From IMG/VR virus record IMGVR_UViG_3300045049_000504, positions 1,119 through 65,118 of that record: a stretch of DNA of 64,000 nucleotides. The stretch is one strand, 5' to 3'. The notes under the pieces were generated by a model that had not been told where the DNA came from, ran no database searches, and saw only the letters and a program-made list of their open reading frames with translations. The position numbers and the translations under genes were made by a program. This document shows, one piece after another, positions 63,906-64,000 of this stretch; the first letter of the stretch is position 1; each line of letters opens with the position of its first letter. This DNA comes from a virus (taxonomy: Duplodnaviria > Caudoviricetes).

Positions 63906-64000
63906 TGGACGGGCGCGCGCGGCGGGCCATGACGTTGATAGTCCTGGCGTTGGTGCCTCCTGGCTCACTGGAACCAGGCCCTCGAGGTGGAGGGGACCGA

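Noticed and set aside
63940-63985. CCTGGCTCAC..CCAGGC resembling the 47375 hairpin
   Set aside because: Short match with a different loop, probably within a coding region cut by the window edge.

Overview
The window is almost certainly a large part, possibly nearly all, of a very GC-rich tailed dsDNA phage genome with a contractile tail. There are three blocks. (1) 1-5.8 kb and 62-64 kb (+): small early or accessory genes, a MoxR-type AAA+ ATPase with a vWA-like partner, and two RAMA/DUF4357-like proteins. (2) 5.8-36 kb (-): a Mu-like morphogenesis operon (terminase, DUF935-type portal, protease/scaffold, capsid, sheath, tube, frameshifting chaperone, tape measure, baseplate, beta-helix tailspike) and a lysis cassette with a GH75-like hydrolase. 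(3) 36.5-62 kb (+): replication and nucleotide-metabolism genes (primase-VapE, Cas4-like nuclease, SF2 helicase, SSB-like protein, PolA, UDG-like, NDT-like, MT-A70, RuvC-like, DUF5664, metallophosphoesterase, MazG-like, C5-MTase-like, 5'-nucleotidase, and a thymidylate-synthase homolog with a dCMP-type Asp). I saw no integrase or transposase. The most notable unannotated signals are: five to six sigma54-type (-24/-12) promoters, four of them with a shared upstream GGTGCGAA box; a repeated 52-bp gene-leader element; a putative cytosine-modification gene set; a tandem hairpin repeat after the SSB-like gene; an iteron-like CCAACC array; and a tailspike-swap footprint. All product calls come from motif recognition by eye, with no database searches. 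A myxobacterial-type host is only an inference from GC content and the sigma54 motifs.
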